A DNA stretch of 64,000 nucleotides from the IMG/VR virus record IMGVR_UViG_3300025389_001063; one strand, written 5' to 3'. The notes beneath the pieces are model-generated. The model searched no databases and was not told the DNA's origin. It saw nothing but the letters and a program-made list of their open reading frames with translations. The DNA comes from a virus (taxonomy: Duplodnaviria > Caudoviricetes). The translations under genes and the position numbers were made by a program. Positions 63,210 to 64,000 of the stretch are shown piece by piece; position 1 is the stretch's first letter; each line of letters begins with the position of its first letter.

Positions 63210-63738
63210 ACTTAATCAAAACATAGGGAAACATGTTCCTGAAATCTATGTCGACATGGATGGTGTACTTGCTGATTTCTTTGGGGAGTGGGCAAAATTA
63301 GATGGTGTAGATCATTATAAAGATATTGATAATCCAGAAGCAAAATTAGCTCTAGTTAGAGAACATCCAAACTATTGGATTAATCTTCCTGTATTACCAA
63401 ACGCAGGTAAATTAATGGGATTTATTAAAAAGAATTTTGGACACTATAATATTTGTTCAAGTCCACTTGCTGGTGATCCACAATGCGAACCACAAAAGAG
63501 ATTGTGGGTTAAGAAACATCTAGCAGGCTTTCCACCAGATCATGTAATCATTACAGAAAACAAAGCAGCATATGCTACACAAGCAGACGGATCACCAAAT
63601 ATTTTAATTGATGACTTTGGTAAAAATATTGCCGCCTGGAATAACGCAGGCGGCATTGGTATCAAACATAAAGATCATAAATTAGATAGAACTTTAAATG
63701 AATTAGCAAATTATATAAATGCTAGATCTCAAGCATAA
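63196..63738 (+). CDS. 5'(3')-deoxyribonucleotidase-like HAD hydrolase
   Basis: IYVDMDGVLADF, ICSSP, KRLWV and ILIDD motifs. AAGGAG RBS before ATG 63196. Confidence 0.85.
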   Translation: MKLFELNQNIGKHVPEIYVDMDGVLADFFGEWAKLDGVDHYKDIDNPEAKLALVREHPNYWINLPVLPNAGKLMGFIKKNFGHYNICSSPLAGDPQCEPQKRLWVKKHLAGFPPDHVIITENKAAYATQADGSPNILIDDFGKNIAAWNNAGGIGIKHKDHKLDRTLNELANYINARSQA

Positions 63739-63956
63739 TCTGGATCAATATTATCTGGATCGATTTCAATAATGATTTTTCCGTCTTCGTCGTAAATCTT
63801 TACTTTATCTGCTTCTAGTTTCTTTGCAAATTCTAGTGCTTCTTCGTAAACTAAGAAAGAGAACAATTCAAGTTCTACTTCTTCACCTTCATGAAATTTA
63901 AAAGATTTCATCTTAAATGGGTACGTGTGATATCCCCAATCGATTTTTTTGGTCAT
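63729..63956 (-). CDS. Small acidic hypothetical protein
   Basis: AGGAG RBS on the minus strand; 75 aa. Confidence 0.65.
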   Translation of the reverse strand: MTKKIDWGYHTYPFKMKSFKFHEGEEVELELFSFLVYEEALEFAKKLEADKVKIYDEDGKIIIEIDPDNIDPDYA

Positions 63957-64000
63957 TTATTTTCTCCTATAATTATTATATATTTAAGCGTAAGTGGTAG

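Overview
AT-rich, gene-dense segment of a large T4-like (jumbo myovirus-type) phage genome, read in the standard bacterial code with almost all genes on the + strand. The host is probably a Rhizobiales/Hyphomicrobiales alphaproteobacterium, inferred from an Omp25/RopB-type outer-membrane protein, an alphaproteobacterial-looking FtsH and Rhizobiales-style small secreted proteins. Layout: (1) 1-22.4 kb is an accessory region with 8 dispersed tRNA genes (one interrupted by a 24-nt hairpin insert), a truncated tRNA 5' half ahead of an HNH gene, envelope-modification enzymes (KdsA, KdsC, a glycosyltransferase, APS-kinase-like and sulfotransferase-like proteins, an LnmK-like protein), FtsH, QueD, UvsE and a nuclease/DNA methylase pair. 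(2) 22.5-36 kb encodes baseplate/fibre structural proteins. (3) 36-48 kb holds replication and proteostasis genes (DnaE fragment, radical SAM, GroES, MazG-like, clamp loader, PhoH, DnaJ, Def, ClpA). (4) 48-57 kb is a tail-fibre/adhesin cassette. (5) 57-64 kb holds a papain-like protease and a cluster of proteins with a shared N-terminal tag, including nucleotidyltransferase/ligase-like, HIGH-motif and HAD enzymes. Two promoter classes are visible: sigma70-like TTGAC-16/17-TAnnnT and late (A)TAAATA. RBS/AUG-occluding hairpins occur at several late promoters that lie in the path of upstream transcription. All protein-family calls come from motif recognition by eye, with no database searches.
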